NCBI GenBank assembly: GCA_963977015.1
Contig: CAXBMO010000016.1
Location: forward strand, 1 to 64,000
Direction of reading: 5' to 3'
Source: an uncultured bacterium
GTDB taxonomy: Bacteria; Verrucomicrobiota; Verrucomicrobiia; Verrucomicrobiales; DEV007
Length of the DNA: 64,000 bases
The notes beneath the pieces were generated by a model, which saw nothing but the letters and a program-made list of their open reading frames with translations, was not told the DNA's origin and did no database searches. Shown piece by piece: positions 8,215-19,939 of the stretch (position 1 is the first letter of the stretch; the number at the start of each line of letters is the position of its first letter). Position numbers and translations under genes: made by a program.

Positions 8215-9564
8215 ATGAACGAACACACGAACGTGCAAATTGCGCACGCGAACTCACCTGTCTCTCCATCTCAAGATCAGGAGACAACCGGGCTTCCCAG
8301 CGGAGCCTTCAGCGAACTGTCCAACGAGCTCCAACGCGCAGTTGCCGCGAACGGATATACCCAACCCACTCCGATTCAGGAGCAATGCATCCCTCATCTC
8401 CTCAATGGAGCGGACTTGTTGGGAAGCGCCCAGACCGGAACCGGAAAGACCGCCGCCTTTACCCTGCCTCTCCTCCAGCAACTGGCGAAGAACAGCACCC
8501 GGCCCAAACGCGGCACGCCTCGCGCCCTGATCCTGGCTCCAACCCGCGAACTCGCGGCCCAAATCGGCGAGAGCATCCAAACCTACAGCAAATTTCTGAA
8601 CGTCCGGCACACCGTAATTTTCGGCGGCGTCAATCAATTCCGCCAAGTGAAGGTGCTGGGCCAGGGCGTCGATATTCTGGTCGCCACACCCGGGCGGCTC
8701 CTCGATTTGATGCAGCAGGGATACATTCACCTGAACCAGGTCGAATTCTTCATTCTCGACGAGGTCGATCGCATGCTCGACATGGGATTCATCCCCGACG
8801 TGAAGAAGGTGCTGCGCGAACTTCCCCAGAAACGCCAAACCGCGTTCTTTTCCGCGACGATGACGCCAAAGATGGTTGATCTCGCCCACACGATGGTGAA
8901 GAACCCGGTTAGCGTCACGATCGCGCCGAAGGAGCCTGCCGTCGAACGCATCGGGCAAAAGGTATTCTTCGTCGGAAAAGGCAACAAGGACGCGTTGTTG
9001 ATCTCCGTCCTCGCCAATCCGGAAATCAAGAAAGTCGTCGTCTTCACCCAGATGAAGCACGTTGCGAACAAGGTGGTGAAGAAGATGGATAGCGCTGGCA
9101 TTGCTGGTGTTGCCATCCACGGAAACAAGAGCCAGGGCGCGCGAATCAAGGCACTGGAAGGCTTCAAAAAAGGAAAGTTCCGGGTCCTGGTGGCGACAGA
9201 TGTTGCCGCTCGCGGTCTCGACATTTCCGACATCACTCACGTGATCAACTACGATCTGCCGGTCGAACCCGCAACCTACGTCCACCGGATTGGTCGGACC
9301 GCCCGTGCCGGGGCTGAAGGGGATGCGATCTCGTTCTGTAGCGCTGAGGAACGTGGTTACCTCAAGGACATTGAGAAGCTGCTCGGCAAAACCGTTCCAA
9401 CTGATCTGGAGCACTCCTTTCATTGCGACGAAGCGTTCAAGTCAACCCAGGGCAAGCCCACACAGGGACGACGTGGTGGCGGTCGCCGCCCCCAGCGCAA
9501 CTCTGGAGCTGGAGGGGCCAATCAGCGCAATCGCAATCGCAGCCGCCAACGCAGTCGCCGCTAA
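8215..9564 (+). CDS. rhlE: DEAD-box RNA helicase (RhlE-like)
   Basis: Q motif PTPIQ, AQTGTGKT, PTRELA, TPGRL, DEVD, SAT, ARGLD, HRIGRTAR, basic RG-rich tail. Confidence 0.9.
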   Translation: MNEHTNVQIAHANSPVSPSQDQETTGLPSGAFSELSNELQRAVAANGYTQPTPIQEQCIPHLLNGADLLGSAQTGTGKTAAFTLPLLQQLAKNSTRPKRGTPRALILAPTRELAAQIGESIQTYSKFLNVRHTVIFGGVNQFRQVKVLGQGVDILVATPGRLLDLMQQGYIHLNQVEFFILDEVDRMLDMGFIPDVKKVLRELPQKRQTAFFSATMTPKMVDLAHTMVKNPVSVTIAPKEPAVERIGQKVFFVGKGNKDALLISVLANPEIKKVVVFTQMKHVANKVVKKMDSAGIAGVAIHGNKSQGARIKALEGFKKGKFRVLVATDVAARGLDISDITHVINYDLPVEPATYVHRIGRTARAGAEGDAISFCSAEERGYLKDIEKLLGKTVPTDLEHSFHCDEAFKSTQGKPTQGRRGGGRRPQRNSGAGGANQRNRNRSRQRSRR

Positions 9565-9650
9565 ACGATCGTTCCCGTTTTCGGCAACTGTTGCATCATC
9601 CTGGCCAAGCCCTGCGAAGCCGGAGGGTTTGGCGCATGCGATAAAACGGC

Positions 9651-10088
9651 ATGAAGACGATTGCTGTGGCGGTGGATTTTGATGAAGAAGTCCGCGATGT
9701 GATTGATCTGGCCGCGACCATGGCCAGGTATTTCGGAGCGGAGATTCACCTGATTCACATCTACGTGCAGCATCCGGAGCTCGCCCCCTTCATGTATCCC
9801 GGAGGTCCGATTGAGTCCGAAGTGGAATTTCAGAAGGAAACCCAGCAGATCGAACAGCTGGTCGAAGAACTCAGGGAACAGGGAATCCGGGCAGCCGGCT
9901 ATATGAAGGGCGGCAACGCCGTCTCCGGACTGCTCGAGTTTGCGGAACATCGAAACGCCGACCTGATCGTCATCGGAAGCCACCGAAAGGAACGGGTGGA
10001 AGACATCCTCGGCAGCGTCGCCAACGGGCTCGTCCGCCGGTCCACCATTCCCGTTCTGGTGGTGCCTCGAAAGAAAAAAGCAGCCTGA
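9651..10088 (+). CDS. Universal stress protein (UspA family)
   Basis: IAVAVDF...ADLIVIGSH...LGSVANGLVRRSTIPVLVVP. Confidence 0.93.
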   Translation: MKTIAVAVDFDEEVRDVIDLAATMARYFGAEIHLIHIYVQHPELAPFMYPGGPIESEVEFQKETQQIEQLVEELREQGIRAAGYMKGGNAVSGLLEFAEHRNADLIVIGSHRKERVEDILGSVANGLVRRSTIPVLVVPRKKKAA

Positions 10089-10134
10089 CCCGGCTTCGCC
10101 GACCCGTTCGACGAACCTGGAGCGATCCTTCGCT

Positions 10135-11412
10135 TCAGGGGTTCGATTCGGCGGCGGTGGGAGCCGCATCACGCCCGGTAATGTAGGGAGGACCCACGGA
10201 AAAAATGCGAACGTCGTTGGGATCCAGGCGCTCCTCGCGGGGCACTTCCGGCGCTTTCCAATCCCGCAACGCCATCCGGACGGTCCTGCCGACTCGGAAG
10301 CCCTCGACCATCTCGTAGAAGTGCAATCGCAACTCGACGCCACTGCTGCCCGGCTCCGGATTTGCCACCTCATTGACTGCGACAATGCTTGCCGGTTTCG
10401 AGAACGGTCCCCAGGTCCGCAAACTGGGCTCCACCGCGGAGACGTCCAATCCCACCTTTTCCTGAAAGGCGTCCATCAACTCCTCGGCCACCCCGGCGTG
10501 AATCTGAACAACCGCGTAACCCCGCGCCCCTTCGCCCGGGACACTTTCGGTCTTGAGAATCTTCGCGGGGATTCCCCGACGCTGCTGATGCGAAATGTGC
10601 CTCCCCAATTGCCGCGTTGCCGCCACCTTCCGGCTTTCGTCATCGATCCAGATTTCGCGGCACAACCCGTCCTGCTCATAGGAACCCAGCAAGGTCATCC
10701 ACCCGGTGTTCCGTTGCACGATCTGGCCCACCGCCAAATCTTCCAATGCTGCGAATTCCCTCCCTTTCCAGACCTGGGTTCCCCGGTCCATGCGGAGAAC
10801 TTGCGTGCCCGTCGGACCTTGGACGTCTTTGCCGGGTTTGACCGGCTCGCCGTTGGCCAACGATACCCGCTCCAGCGTGATTTCGTTCAAAGCCTCGGCG
10901 ATTCCGGTGATCTTCCAGCCCGAACCCTGACGCTGATAAAAACTGAAATCGTCTTCGAACCGAAAGACCCGCGAATAGGCCGTCTCCACCGAACGCAGGT
11001 CGGGCCGGGGCAGCTTGGAAGCCTCATAATCCGTCTTTGGCGGGGTCACCACCACCGCACCTTCCGGCCCATAATAGAACTCCCCGTGAAGATGCGTTCC
11101 AAGAGGGATGTCCTTCAATTCCGCAGGTGCGCCCTGCAAGAAAATCGACCCATACGGCAGCATTTGAAAGTGGTGAGGCAAGTCCCAATAGTACTTGTTC
11201 ATCGAGCCATCCCGATCCAGCCGGAGAATCCCCCGCCGGTTGACATGCTCGACCAGGGTGATCTCCCCGGCAAAATAGGTGGCGCCATCCGGATCGGGAA
11301 ACGCCTCATCCAAGGCGATTTTTCGCTTCAAGTCCGCTGCGTCTTCAGCCGAGGCGGGAACCACCACCAACGCACAAAAAACCAACACCCCCGTTTTGAT
11401 TCCCAACTTCAT
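10135..11412 (-). CDS. Secreted hypothetical protein, last gene of DUF1592/DUF1552 operon
   Basis: 425 aa with signal peptide; 4-bp overlap with the DUF1552 gene. Confidence 0.8.
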   Translation of the reverse strand: MKLGIKTGVLVFCALVVVPASAEDAADLKRKIALDEAFPDPDGATYFAGEITLVEHVNRRGILRLDRDGSMNKYYWDLPHHFQMLPYGSIFLQGAPAELKDIPLGTHLHGEFYYGPEGAVVVTPPKTDYEASKLPRPDLRSVETAYSRVFRFEDDFSFYQRQGSGWKITGIAEALNEITLERVSLANGEPVKPGKDVQGPTGTQVLRMDRGTQVWKGREFAALEDLAVGQIVQRNTGWMTLLGSYEQDGLCREIWIDDESRKVAATRQLGRHISHQQRRGIPAKILKTESVPGEGARGYAVVQIHAGVAEELMDAFQEKVGLDVSAVEPSLRTWGPFSKPASIVAVNEVANPEPGSSGVELRLHFYEMVEGFRVGRTVRMALRDWKAPEVPREERLDPNDVRIFSVGPPYITGRDAAPTAAESNP

Positions 11413-12770
11413 GCCTGCTCCAATTCGGAAAGGGTTCTGGCGCTGTCTCCGAATTGCTCGGTCTCAACGCCCAACTTCTGGGCCAGCGTCAGCAGGAGAT
11501 TGCTCACCCTGGCCTCCGCATTGACCGGACGCGAGCAAATCTGGTAATGGGCTTTGGCGTTGCCCAGATCGTAACCGTCAAAATGCTCTTCATTGAAATC
11601 GACATGGCGTCCATGCTTGATTCCAAAAGCCGCGCCTCCCGCGACGATGGTTGGCACGTTCGCATTGCCGTGACTGTGGCCATACGCCATCCCGCTTCCA
11701 TACAACGCGATCGTCGAATCGAGAAGTGAGCCCCCGGCATCGGGAACCGCCGCCAATCGATCCAGAAAATAACCGAATTGCTCGAAATTGAAGGCGTCAC
11801 TCTGCGTCAACCGCGCCAGTTGATCGGGATCTCCGTTGTGGTGCGACAGCGCGTGTCTCGTCTGGTTGATGCCCAGTTCGGGAACCGGCAGGCCCTTCCC
11901 TTCGTCTCCGGAACTGAAGGTGATCGAACGCGTCATATCGGTTTCGAAGGCGAGAACCATGAGGTCATACATCACCCGAAAATACTCTCCGGGATCGCTG
12001 GTTTGGGAAACGTCCTTCGTTAGCCGCTTCCGCGTGGCTTCATCCACTTCCGGGCGGGGGACATCCAGCCAACGGTCGGCCCGCTCCGTCCGGATCTCGA
12101 TTTCGCGCACCGACGTCAGGTACTGATCCAGACGCGTCCGGTCTTCGACGCCCATCTTCCTGTCGAGCTCCTTCGCCTCGTCCAACACCGCATCCAAAAC
12201 GCTTCCACGCACCTGCAGTTGTTCCCGCTCCCTCGCAATTCCGCCTTCGGGGGCCTCGAACAACCGGCTAAACACCTGGCCGGGTTTCGTCTCCGCCGGA
12301 AGCTGGATTCCATCCCGATTATAGGCGAGGGAACGACCAGTGTTGCTCAACTCCAACGACGAGAAGCGCGTGTGGGGAGCGGTCTGTTCCGCGATGAGTT
12401 GATCCAGCGAAATGCTGTTCCGTTTTCCCTGCCCAATCTCGGCCCCGGTTAACCAGATGGACTGGCAGCCGTGGTGATGACCGATTCCGTGAGGATGATG
12501 CAACCCGGAGATCGGCGTGATGACGTCGCGATGCTTTTCCAACGGCTTGAGCGATTTGCTGAACGTGTATCCCTTCCCACTTTGGAGGATCTGATAGTCG
12601 AGCGTGTTGACTCCATTCGGCAGATAGATGAAGACGCCGCGTTTGGGGCGGGGAGCTGCCGCCGCGCTCAACGGCCGCATGCAATCGAGCATTGGCAACG
12701 CGACCAAGGCTCCCAAGCCACGCAGAACGTGACGCCGGGACAGAAGCCAGGATTGAGATTGGATGTTCAT
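11409..12770 (-). CDS. DUF1552 domain protein (Tat signal)
   Basis: [64 protein letters not shown]. Confidence 0.9.
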   Translation of the reverse strand: MNIQSQSWLLSRRHVLRGLGALVALPMLDCMRPLSAAAAPRPKRGVFIYLPNGVNTLDYQILQSGKGYTFSKSLKPLEKHRDVITPISGLHHPHGIGHHHGCQSIWLTGAEIGQGKRNSISLDQLIAEQTAPHTRFSSLELSNTGRSLAYNRDGIQLPAETKPGQVFSRLFEAPEGGIAREREQLQVRGSVLDAVLDEAKELDRKMGVEDRTRLDQYLTSVREIEIRTERADRWLDVPRPEVDEATRKRLTKDVSQTSDPGEYFRVMYDLMVLAFETDMTRSITFSSGDEGKGLPVPELGINQTRHALSHHNGDPDQLARLTQSDAFNFEQFGYFLDRLAAVPDAGGSLLDSTIALYGSGMAYGHSHGNANVPTIVAGGAAFGIKHGRHVDFNEEHFDGYDLGNAKAHYQICSRPVNAEARVSNLLLTLAQKLGVETEQFGDSARTLSELEQA

Positions 12771-12789
12771 GGAAAATCTAGAATGAGAG

Positions 12790-15207
12790 TTAGCGTTTCT
12801 GAAAAAGGTCTGACATCACGAGATGCTCGATCAGGCTGCGAAGTTGGTAGCCTTCCTCCCGCGTTTCTTCGACAATCGCCTCGATCTGTTCGTGATCATC
12901 GAACGTCATTGGGCGACGCAGGGCGTAGGTGGCAAGCTTCTCGGTCAGAGCCTGGGAAAACGGATCCAGGTCCGCGGCGAGCAGTTGCTTGAAATCCGCC
13001 GGCCCCTCAAAACGCCGCCCATCCGGCAATACTCCACTGGCATCCACCGGCGGATTTCCGCCCTGGCCCTTGGGCACGTATTCCTCGGTCCGCCAACGAC
13101 CGATCGCGTCAAAGTTGTCGAACGCGAGGCCGAGCGGATCAATCTTCGCATGGCAACTCGCACAATTCGGGTCGGCTTTGTGCGCGGCCAACTTCATGCG
13201 AATCGTCGCCTTGGGTTCATTCACCGGATTCGGCTCAATCGCATCGACATTCGGTGGTGGCGGCGGCGGCGTCTTCCCGAGAATCGCCTCCGAAACCCAG
13301 ATTCCACGATGCACGGGCCGGTGCCGCGTTCCGTCCGAACTCAGCGACAGTATGGAGCCGTGTGTCAGGATTCCACCCCGGTTCGTTTCCGGACTCAACG
13401 CGACCCGCTGAAATCCGGCGCTTGATGGCGACTTCATCTCATAATGATGCGCGAGCCGCGGATTCAACATCGTCCAATCGGAATTCAGAAACTCGCCGAT
13501 CGAAAGGTTCTTCGAAAAGACCTCGCGGAAAAATTCCGTGGTTTCCAGGATCATGCTGCGCTCCAGCCATCGATCGTAATCGGGATAGAGCTTCTCGTCG
13601 GGAGGAAACATGCCGACCTTCTTCAACTGGAGCCATTGATGCGGAAACGATTCCGTGAAGCGGGCGATCTTCGGGTCCGCGATCATTCGCGCAAGCTGGG
13701 ATTCGAGCACTTCCGGATCGCTCAGTTTTCCGGCTTTCGCCGCGGCCGTCAACTCGGCGTCGGGCATTGAGCTCCACAGGAAATAGGAGAGTCGCGAAGC
13801 GAGCTCGAAGTCCGTCAACTCCGCCCGGTTCTCGCCGGGGGAACCCTCCGCGAGGTAGGTGAAATTCTTGGAGGCGAGAATCCCGAGCATCCCCGTCTTG
13901 TAGGCTGCGGGAGGCGGAGTTCCCGCCGCGATGCGCGCATCAATGATGGCCAGGTAACGCGTCAGTTCACCCTCCGCCACCGGGCGTCGCCAGGCGCGCT
14001 CGGCAAATCGCGTCAAACAGGCCGCAATTTCACCTGCCGTGGCATCCTCAGCCGGGAACAACCCTTCGCGCTTCACCAAATCCTCAGATTTCACAATCGG
14101 CCCCTCCCACTCGATCCAATCAAAGATCAAAAACGGATAGAGCGGGTTCCCCTCATCATCCGTCATCTTCCGCTGCCACGGCGTGCGCGATTTGGGATCG
14201 TCCAGGGTTGTGAAAACGTAACCTCCGGGACGCCCCGAACGACCGGAGTTGGACGGCCCCGGCACATCATTGTTGATCGTTATGTCAAACTTCCCATCCG
14301 GGATGAACGTCTCGAACTCCAAAATCACGGGCTCGTGTTCGGGCGCAAGAACGTCCGCCTCAAAAATCGTCCGATCGAGCTGCTTCGAGTGAAGCACCAG
14401 GTGGGGTGGCCGCGCTCCTTCCGGAGTGAGCCCGCTCACTTGAATTCGCGCCCGGTAAGTCCCCGCCGCCTGCCGGTAGCCGCCATCGGGGCGCAGATAA
14501 CTGAGTTTGTGTCCCGGCCAAAGCAGGGTGCGGACATGCTCCGCCACGCCGATGTCTTCCAGATGCTTGCGTTTGGCGGCGTTTCGCCAATCGATCGCCA
14601 GCGCATCCCGTTGGTTCTTGGTCTGACGCGGTTCCGAATCCGGAAAGGCCTGTTCGAGAATTTGCCGCGCCGCCGTGAGATACTTTTCGATGTGCGACGG
14701 AGAGAGCGAGAGCTCGGAACCGATCCGTTCAAACCCATGCCAATCCGGGTCCTCGGTAAACGCGCCGGGAGCCCGGGTGTCGTAGTGAACGCCGAGTAGG
14801 TCGTAAACGGTGTGCGCATACTCTTCGCGGCTCAGCCGATAGTGTTCGACCGGAGCACGTTTGGCCGATCGCGCCGCCTCACCCGCCTTGATCTGCGCGG
14901 CCAACCATTCCATGACGCGGCTTGCTTCCTCCGGATCGGGCTGGTCCCCGTCTTCCGGCGGCATTTCCCCGGCGCCCATTCGCGTGATGATTTCGAACCA
15001 CAGCTCGGTGTCCGTTCCTTCGCCAAACTCCCGCGAAAGCGTGTCGATCCGAAAATCTCCTTTTTGCCGCTTCTCGCCGTGACAACGAATGCAATGTTCC
15101 TGTAGAAACGACCCCACTGCGGAATCGAAATCCTCAGTTTTGGCAAGGCCGATGGCGGTTGCGCTGACCAACAGAAGCCAAACGCGGAAAAAAGCGGGGA
15201 AAGTCAT
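12790..15207 (-). CDS. Planctomycete cytochrome c / DUF1592-1588-1587-1585-1595 protein
   Basis: N-terminal CIRCH and [38 protein letters not shown]-terminal CASCH...DPLG...FDAIGRWR. Confidence 0.9.
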   Translation of the reverse strand: MTFPAFFRVWLLLVSATAIGLAKTEDFDSAVGSFLQEHCIRCHGEKRQKGDFRIDTLSREFGEGTDTELWFEIITRMGAGEMPPEDGDQPDPEEASRVMEWLAAQIKAGEAARSAKRAPVEHYRLSREEYAHTVYDLLGVHYDTRAPGAFTEDPDWHGFERIGSELSLSPSHIEKYLTAARQILEQAFPDSEPRQTKNQRDALAIDWRNAAKRKHLEDIGVAEHVRTLLWPGHKLSYLRPDGGYRQAAGTYRARIQVSGLTPEGARPPHLVLHSKQLDRTIFEADVLAPEHEPVILEFETFIPDGKFDITINNDVPGPSNSGRSGRPGGYVFTTLDDPKSRTPWQRKMTDDEGNPLYPFLIFDWIEWEGPIVKSEDLVKREGLFPAEDATAGEIAACLTRFAERAWRRPVAEGELTRYLAIIDARIAAGTPPPAAYKTGMLGILASKNFTYLAEGSPGENRAELTDFELASRLSYFLWSSMPDAELTAAAKAGKLSDPEVLESQLARMIADPKIARFTESFPHQWLQLKKVGMFPPDEKLYPDYDRWLERSMILETTEFFREVFSKNLSIGEFLNSDWTMLNPRLAHHYEMKSPSSAGFQRVALSPETNRGGILTHGSILSLSSDGTRHRPVHRGIWVSEAILGKTPPPPPPNVDAIEPNPVNEPKATIRMKLAAHKADPNCASCHAKIDPLGLAFDNFDAIGRWRTEEYVPKGQGGNPPVDASGVLPDGRRFEGPADFKQLLAADLDPFSQALTEKLATYALRRPMTFDDHEQIEAIVEETREEGYQLRSLIEHLVMSDLFQKR

Positions 15208-15354
15208 GAATGGTGATTGGATGAAGTGGACATACCTCTTCGTCTTTCGGCTCAAAATCGAATCGAAATTTGTGGCCACTTCTCGTGACAGGAATTCAAC
15301 TCCGGCCGGGAAAATGCGTGCAAAAGCGCTCTACGTTTCCCGATTTCGCCTCAT

Positions 15355-16866
15355 CTAACCTGCAACCTTGGCAAGATTTTGCATCGTCTTGCTCATTTCG
15401 GCAAACGGCACCTCATGCGGCAGGACCTGGTTCTTCACCGAAAGGGCGGAAGTCACGCCGGCTGCCTCCCCCATCACCACGGAATTGCCCGTCACGCGAT
15501 AGCTGCTGTGGGCGATGAAATCACCGCTGATGTTGCGACCCGCCAACATGAGCCCGTCCACATCGCGGGCCAACAACGCCCGAAGCGGAACATCATAGGG
15601 TTGGGATTTGAAGGGCTTGGATTCGATTTCCTTGGTCTTCGTCGGGTCGGTCGCGTGAACATCGATGGGAAAGGTGACCCGGCAGATACTGTCCTCAAAA
15701 CGCGCGCCGGTTTTCAGATCCTCGTCGCTCACCGTATAGCGCCCGTGAATGCGCCGTCCCTCCCGCGTCCCGATCTGTTCCGAGGTGGTGACGAGTTCAA
15801 CATTCTTCCAAACTCCACCCATCTTGCGGAGGCTTCCGACCAGGCGATGAACTTCGTGGCGGGCCTCCATCGTCGCCCGGCTCACATCATCGGCGTCCAC
15901 GGCTGACACGTTGTATTGATGATTCGCCATCAGGCAGAACAATCCCTCGCGAATCCTGAAAATCGTCGGCCCTCCATAGGATGGATCGACTCCCGACTTC
16001 CGCATTTCCGCGAGCAAATTCGGCTTGGCCCGGCCCAACCCCCGCGGCTCGGCCACGGCGCGAACAAAGGGAGCAATCTGATCAGTCGTCACCCCGGTGA
16101 ACAGCCCAATCATGCTGAACGGCTGAGTGATCCCGTCACCGGGACGCCCAAAGTCGAAATCGCAACCCGCCTGCGCCGCGAGATCGCCATCGCCCGTCGC
16201 ATCAATGAAGGCCTTCGCCGTCCATGCTTCGCGGCCCGACTTGGATTCGGTGAGAATCGTCGTCAGGCGGTTCGCCTCATCGTTGGCCGCGCCCACCACC
16301 CGGGTGTGGAGTCGAACCCGGACACCGGCATCCAACAGCATCTGTTCCAGCGCCATCTTCATTTCGTCCGGGTGATAGACGAACGCCGATTCCATGATTC
16401 GACCGGTTTGGCTTTCCGTCAGCTTTGCGATCAGCTCGGCCATGATTCCCGACTTGTTTTTCCCGTCCAGAATCCAGGAAAGCAATCCGCTGGTCCAAAC
16501 CCCACCCAAACAGCCGTTCGTTTCGATCACCGCCGTTTTCGCTCCCGCTCGTGCCGCCGCCAACGCCGCCGAAAATCCCGCGGGTCCACCTCCACAAACC
16601 ATCACGTCGTAGTCCGCCCGAACCGTGATCTCGCGGGCGTCTTCCGCAAACATCGACCCATCCTGAACCAGACTTCCCGATGTCCTGACATGTTTGCCAT
16701 CAGCCGACGGATCAAACGCAATCGGATTCGCCCGCGAACCCCGTGGTTTCTGGCGATTGTCCGGATTCACGCGATCCTGAGCGTTCGCGGCGGCGGCGGA
16801 ACCGGTCGCAAAGGCTCCAACCGTCAGTTTTTTGGTAAATTCACGGCGATTGAGTGGGGTTTTCAT
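15355..16866 (-). CDS. FAD-dependent oxidoreductase (Tat-exported)
   Basis: NRREF Tat motif, DVMVCGGGPAG, IDATGDGD, REGRRI, YDVPLRAL, LAGRNIS, GEAAG. Confidence 0.9.
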   Translation of the reverse strand: MKTPLNRREFTKKLTVGAFATGSAAAANAQDRVNPDNRQKPRGSRANPIAFDPSADGKHVRTSGSLVQDGSMFAEDAREITVRADYDVMVCGGGPAGFSAALAAARAGAKTAVIETNGCLGGVWTSGLLSWILDGKNKSGIMAELIAKLTESQTGRIMESAFVYHPDEMKMALEQMLLDAGVRVRLHTRVVGAANDEANRLTTILTESKSGREAWTAKAFIDATGDGDLAAQAGCDFDFGRPGDGITQPFSMIGLFTGVTTDQIAPFVRAVAEPRGLGRAKPNLLAEMRKSGVDPSYGGPTIFRIREGLFCLMANHQYNVSAVDADDVSRATMEARHEVHRLVGSLRKMGGVWKNVELVTTSEQIGTREGRRIHGRYTVSDEDLKTGARFEDSICRVTFPIDVHATDPTKTKEIESKPFKSQPYDVPLRALLARDVDGLMLAGRNISGDFIAHSSYRVTGNSVVMGEAAGVTSALSVKNQVLPHEVPFAEMSKTMQNLAKVAG

Positions 16867-17001
16867 CGCCCCCACTTACAACCGTTCGAGGGCCCCATCA
16901 AGCCCAATAGGAACGCTTGGAAACCCTCCAATCACAAGGGATGCCGATCGATCAGCAAGCAACGCCGAGCATTCCAATTCCCCGCGAGCCATGAATCATC
17001 C

Positions 17002-17385
17002 ATGTCCTCCAGTCAATCGATCTACGACCGAATCGGCGGTGATGCCACGATCAACCTAATCGTCGAAAAGCTCTATCGCGAAGTCATGGCCGACCCCGAA
17101 TTGTCTCCCTTCTTCATCCACTCCTCGCAGGACAAGTTGAAGAACATGCAGCGTCAGTTCATTGCCGCAGCGCTCGGTGGCCCCAATCCCTACAGCGGTC
17201 GATCTCTGGCCGAGACGCACAAGGGACGCGGCATTTCCCGCCACCACATCCAGCTCTTCATCAATCACCTCATCTCGGCGCTTCGTGGCGTCAATCTGGA
17301 TGACGACGATGTTCACTCCATCCAGGCGCGAATCAATCTTTACGCCGACGAGGTGACTGGCGACTCACAGTGGGAAAATCCCTAA
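17002..17385 (+). CDS. Group I truncated hemoglobin
   Basis: SIYDRIGG, LY..VMADPELSPFF, QRQFIAAALGGPNPYSGRSLAETH (F8 His); true start ATG 17002 inside a longer spurious ORF. Confidence 0.92.
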   Translation: MSSSQSIYDRIGGDATINLIVEKLYREVMADPELSPFFIHSSQDKLKNMQRQFIAAALGGPNPYSGRSLAETHKGRGISRHHIQLFINHLISALRGVNLDDDDVHSIQARINLYADEVTGDSQWENP

Positions 17386-17393
17386 GTCGTCCG

Positions 17394-18143
17394 TCACTCC
17401 TTCAGGGATTCCACGAAGGCCACCAGATCCCAGATCTCCTCGTCCTTCAGCGCCTGGCCAAAACTTACCATCGGCGTTCCGTCGAGCCCGAGCGCAATCG
17501 TGCGAAAGAGATCCTCGGACCGATTTCCGGATTTGAGATGCGGCGCGGAGAGATCGGCGGGCTTGATCTCGTGCCCCCAAACGTCCTTCAGCGTCAAGGC
17601 CGTCGGGCCATCGCCCTTTCCCTGCGTTCCGTGGCACGCCACGCAATAGAGCCCGAAAAGCCGATTCCCGTTCTCGGCATGCGCCTTTCGCGAATCCGCC
17701 CGCACCATCCAATCCGGCCGTTTCGGCAGTTCCACCGATTCGCCGATGCGATCCGGATTCTTCCACTCGCGCGAGAACGATTTGATGTAGGTGACGACCG
17801 CCTCCAGTTTCGCCTCCGGCAAGGCCTTGAACGCCGGCATCGCCGTTCCCGTCACCCCACCCCGGATTGTCCGATACAAATCCTCGTCCGTCGGCAGACA
17901 CCCCACCGGCGTCGAGCGAAACTTGAACACGCCGGACCGAAAATTCCGGGGACGGTTCGCCGTCAAATCCGCCGCCCAGGGCCCATCTCCCCTCCCCGTC
18001 TTCCCATGACAATGGATGCACTGGGATTGATACAGATCGCGCCCCTCAAAGAAGAGATAAATCCTCCTCCGGCTCTCGGCATCATCGTCCGCCTTTGCCG
18101 CTGAAAAGCAGCAAAGCGTCAACCCGATCAGTAGGTTCCTCAT
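17394..18143 (-). CDS. Diheme c-type cytochrome
   Basis: Signal peptide; CIHCHG.TGRGDG...TAMP and CVACHG..GKGDG...TPM. Confidence 0.92.
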   Translation of the reverse strand: MRNLLIGLTLCCFSAAKADDDAESRRRIYLFFEGRDLYQSQCIHCHGKTGRGDGPWAADLTANRPRNFRSGVFKFRSTPVGCLPTDEDLYRTIRGGVTGTAMPAFKALPEAKLEAVVTYIKSFSREWKNPDRIGESVELPKRPDWMVRADSRKAHAENGNRLFGLYCVACHGTQGKGDGPTALTLKDVWGHEIKPADLSAPHLKSGNRSEDLFRTIALGLDGTPMVSFGQALKDEEIWDLVAFVESLKE

Positions 18144-18370
18144 AAATTTCAACGTTGGCGGATGGATTCCCCATCAAACGGCAATACTTCCCTGCCCGCA
18201 ACCCTTCCACTCGGCTTCGGTTGGCGAATTCCGTGCGTTGATTGATCGATTGGCGACCGAAATCGACGGGCTGCCAGATCAGGGACCTTCATGATCGGCA
18301 TCGCATCGAATAATCATTGTCGTCCGGGACATGGCGTGCATACGGTAGGCCAAACCCCACCTCTCTTTTC

Positions 18371-19939
18371 ATGATTCGCCTCAGTTTTTTGATTGTCTGG
18401 CTTGGCTCCACTGTATCCGTCTGGAGCCAGATCACCTTCCAGGATTTGACGGATGACGCTGGCATTCGCCAGCCTTTGGCTGGACTGATGGGGCACGGAG
18501 GCGCCTGGGGTGACGTTGATGGAGATGGCTGGATCGACCTTTTCGTCGGCGGTTTCGCCGATCGTCCCGACGAGGAATACGCTCCGGCGAACGGGCCCGT
18601 GATCAGCCAGCTGTTTCGGAATGTTCAGGGGAAAACGTTTGAACCGGTTCTGGAGACGCCGGTGCGGCATTATGCGCGAACCAGCGGGGCCCTGTTTGCG
18701 GACCTGGACAATGACGGCGACGTCGATCTCTACGTGGCGAACAACTCCAAGGGCAAATCGAAGCGCGATGCCGAGCCACAGCGCAGTGCCCAGATGGCGG
18801 GGAGCAAACTTTTCCGGAATGATGGAGCCAATTTCGTCGATGTTTCGAACTCCAGCGGAGCTTGCCCAGAGCGATTGGGCACGGCGCGCAACGTCGGGGT
18901 GCTGGATTTCAACAGGGACGGGTTGTTGGATTTGCTGGTCGTGGAGGATCGATTTCGCAAAGGCCCGAGTTCGAGGCTGTTCCGAAATCTGGGAGGTCTG
19001 AAGTTCGAGGATGCCACCGCCTCGTGCGGAATTCCCGAAGATGTGTTCGGGTTGGGACTGGCCCTTGCCGATGTCAACGCAGACGGGGCAACCGATGTGT
19101 TCGTCCCGCACAGCAATCGATTCTTTCTGGGTTCGCCGGATGGAACGTTTCGGGAATGCACGGAGGAATTGACGAGCGTCCTTGGGTGGGAACCACTCGA
19201 TGGAGAGGACTGGCCGTGCGGCGCCCAATTTGCCGATCTGAACCGGGACGGGAAGCCGGACCTGGTCCTGAGCCTGCACAGTGTCAGAGCTCGAAACCGG
19301 GTTTTCCTCAACGAAGGTGCGAATGAAAATGGTGTTCCCCGCTTTCGGGAGATCACCCGCCAGGCGGGAATTCCGGATGAAATTGCGGCGCGTTGTCCTC
19401 ATGTGGAGGTGCAGGACTTCGATAACGACGGCTGGCCCGACATCTACCTGTCCGCCGGTTGGCTGACCAAGGAGGGTAGGCTTACCCCGATGATTTTCCG
19501 CCACCAGGGAACCAAAGAGCCGAGTTTTCAACCTCCCGCCAACCCGCCCGGTGAACTTGTCTATTTTCCGGCGGGCCCGAGCGGGGACTACGACAATGAC
19601 GGGCGCCGGGATCTGTTTCTGATCAACTGGTTTCCCGGGAATTGGTCGCGGCTGCTTCGCAATGAGACCGAAGGCGGAAACTGGCTTCAAATCCGGGTGG
19701 CGGGAAAAACGTTCAATCGGATGGGCATCGGAGCAAAGGTTCGCGTTTTTGATGATGACGCCCTCATCGGCTACCAGGAAGTCTCGGTCGGTTATGGGTA
19801 TGCCAGTGGCCAAACCAACTGGTTGCACTTCGGCCTGGGCGATCGCGAGTCCGTGGCTGTTTCCGTGGAACTACCCAACGGCGAAACGATTCACAACGCC
19901 CGAATCGCCGCCAACCAACGCCTCACTCTATCCGAATGA
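18371..19939 (+). CDS. CRTAC1-like FG-GAP repeat protein with ASPIC/UnbV domain
   Basis: Repeated DxDxDGxxDL motifs; C-terminal NWLQIR...NRMGIGAKV...GYASG...LHFGLG. Confidence 0.9.
   Translation: MIRLSFLIVWLGSTVSVWSQITFQDLTDDAGIRQPLAGLMGHGGAWGDVDGDGWIDLFVGGFADRPDEEYAPANGPVISQLFRNVQGKTFEPVLETPVRHYARTSGALFADLDNDGDVDLYVANNSKGKSKRDAEPQRSAQMAGSKLFRNDGANFVDVSNSSGACPERLGTARNVGVLDFNRDGLLDLLVVEDRFRKGPSSRLFRNLGGLKFEDATASCGIPEDVFGLGLALADVNADGATDVFVPHSNRFFLGSPDGTFRECTEELTSVLGWEPLDGEDWPCGAQFADLNRDGKPDLVLSLHSVRARNRVFLNEGANENGVPRFREITRQAGIPDEIAARCPHVEVQDFDNDGWPDIYLSAGWLTKEGRLTPMIFRHQGTKEPSFQPPANPPGELVYFPAGPSGDYDNDGRRDLFLINWFPGNWSRLLRNETEGGNWLQIRVAGKTFNRMGIGAKVRVFDDDALIGYQEVSVGYGYASGQTNWLHFGLGDRESVAVSVELPNGETIHNARIAANQRLTLSE

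Noticed and set aside
15916-17001. 489-aa globin fusion protein
   Set aside because: The upstream part is the antisense shadow of the FAD oxidoreductase; the globin starts at 17002.
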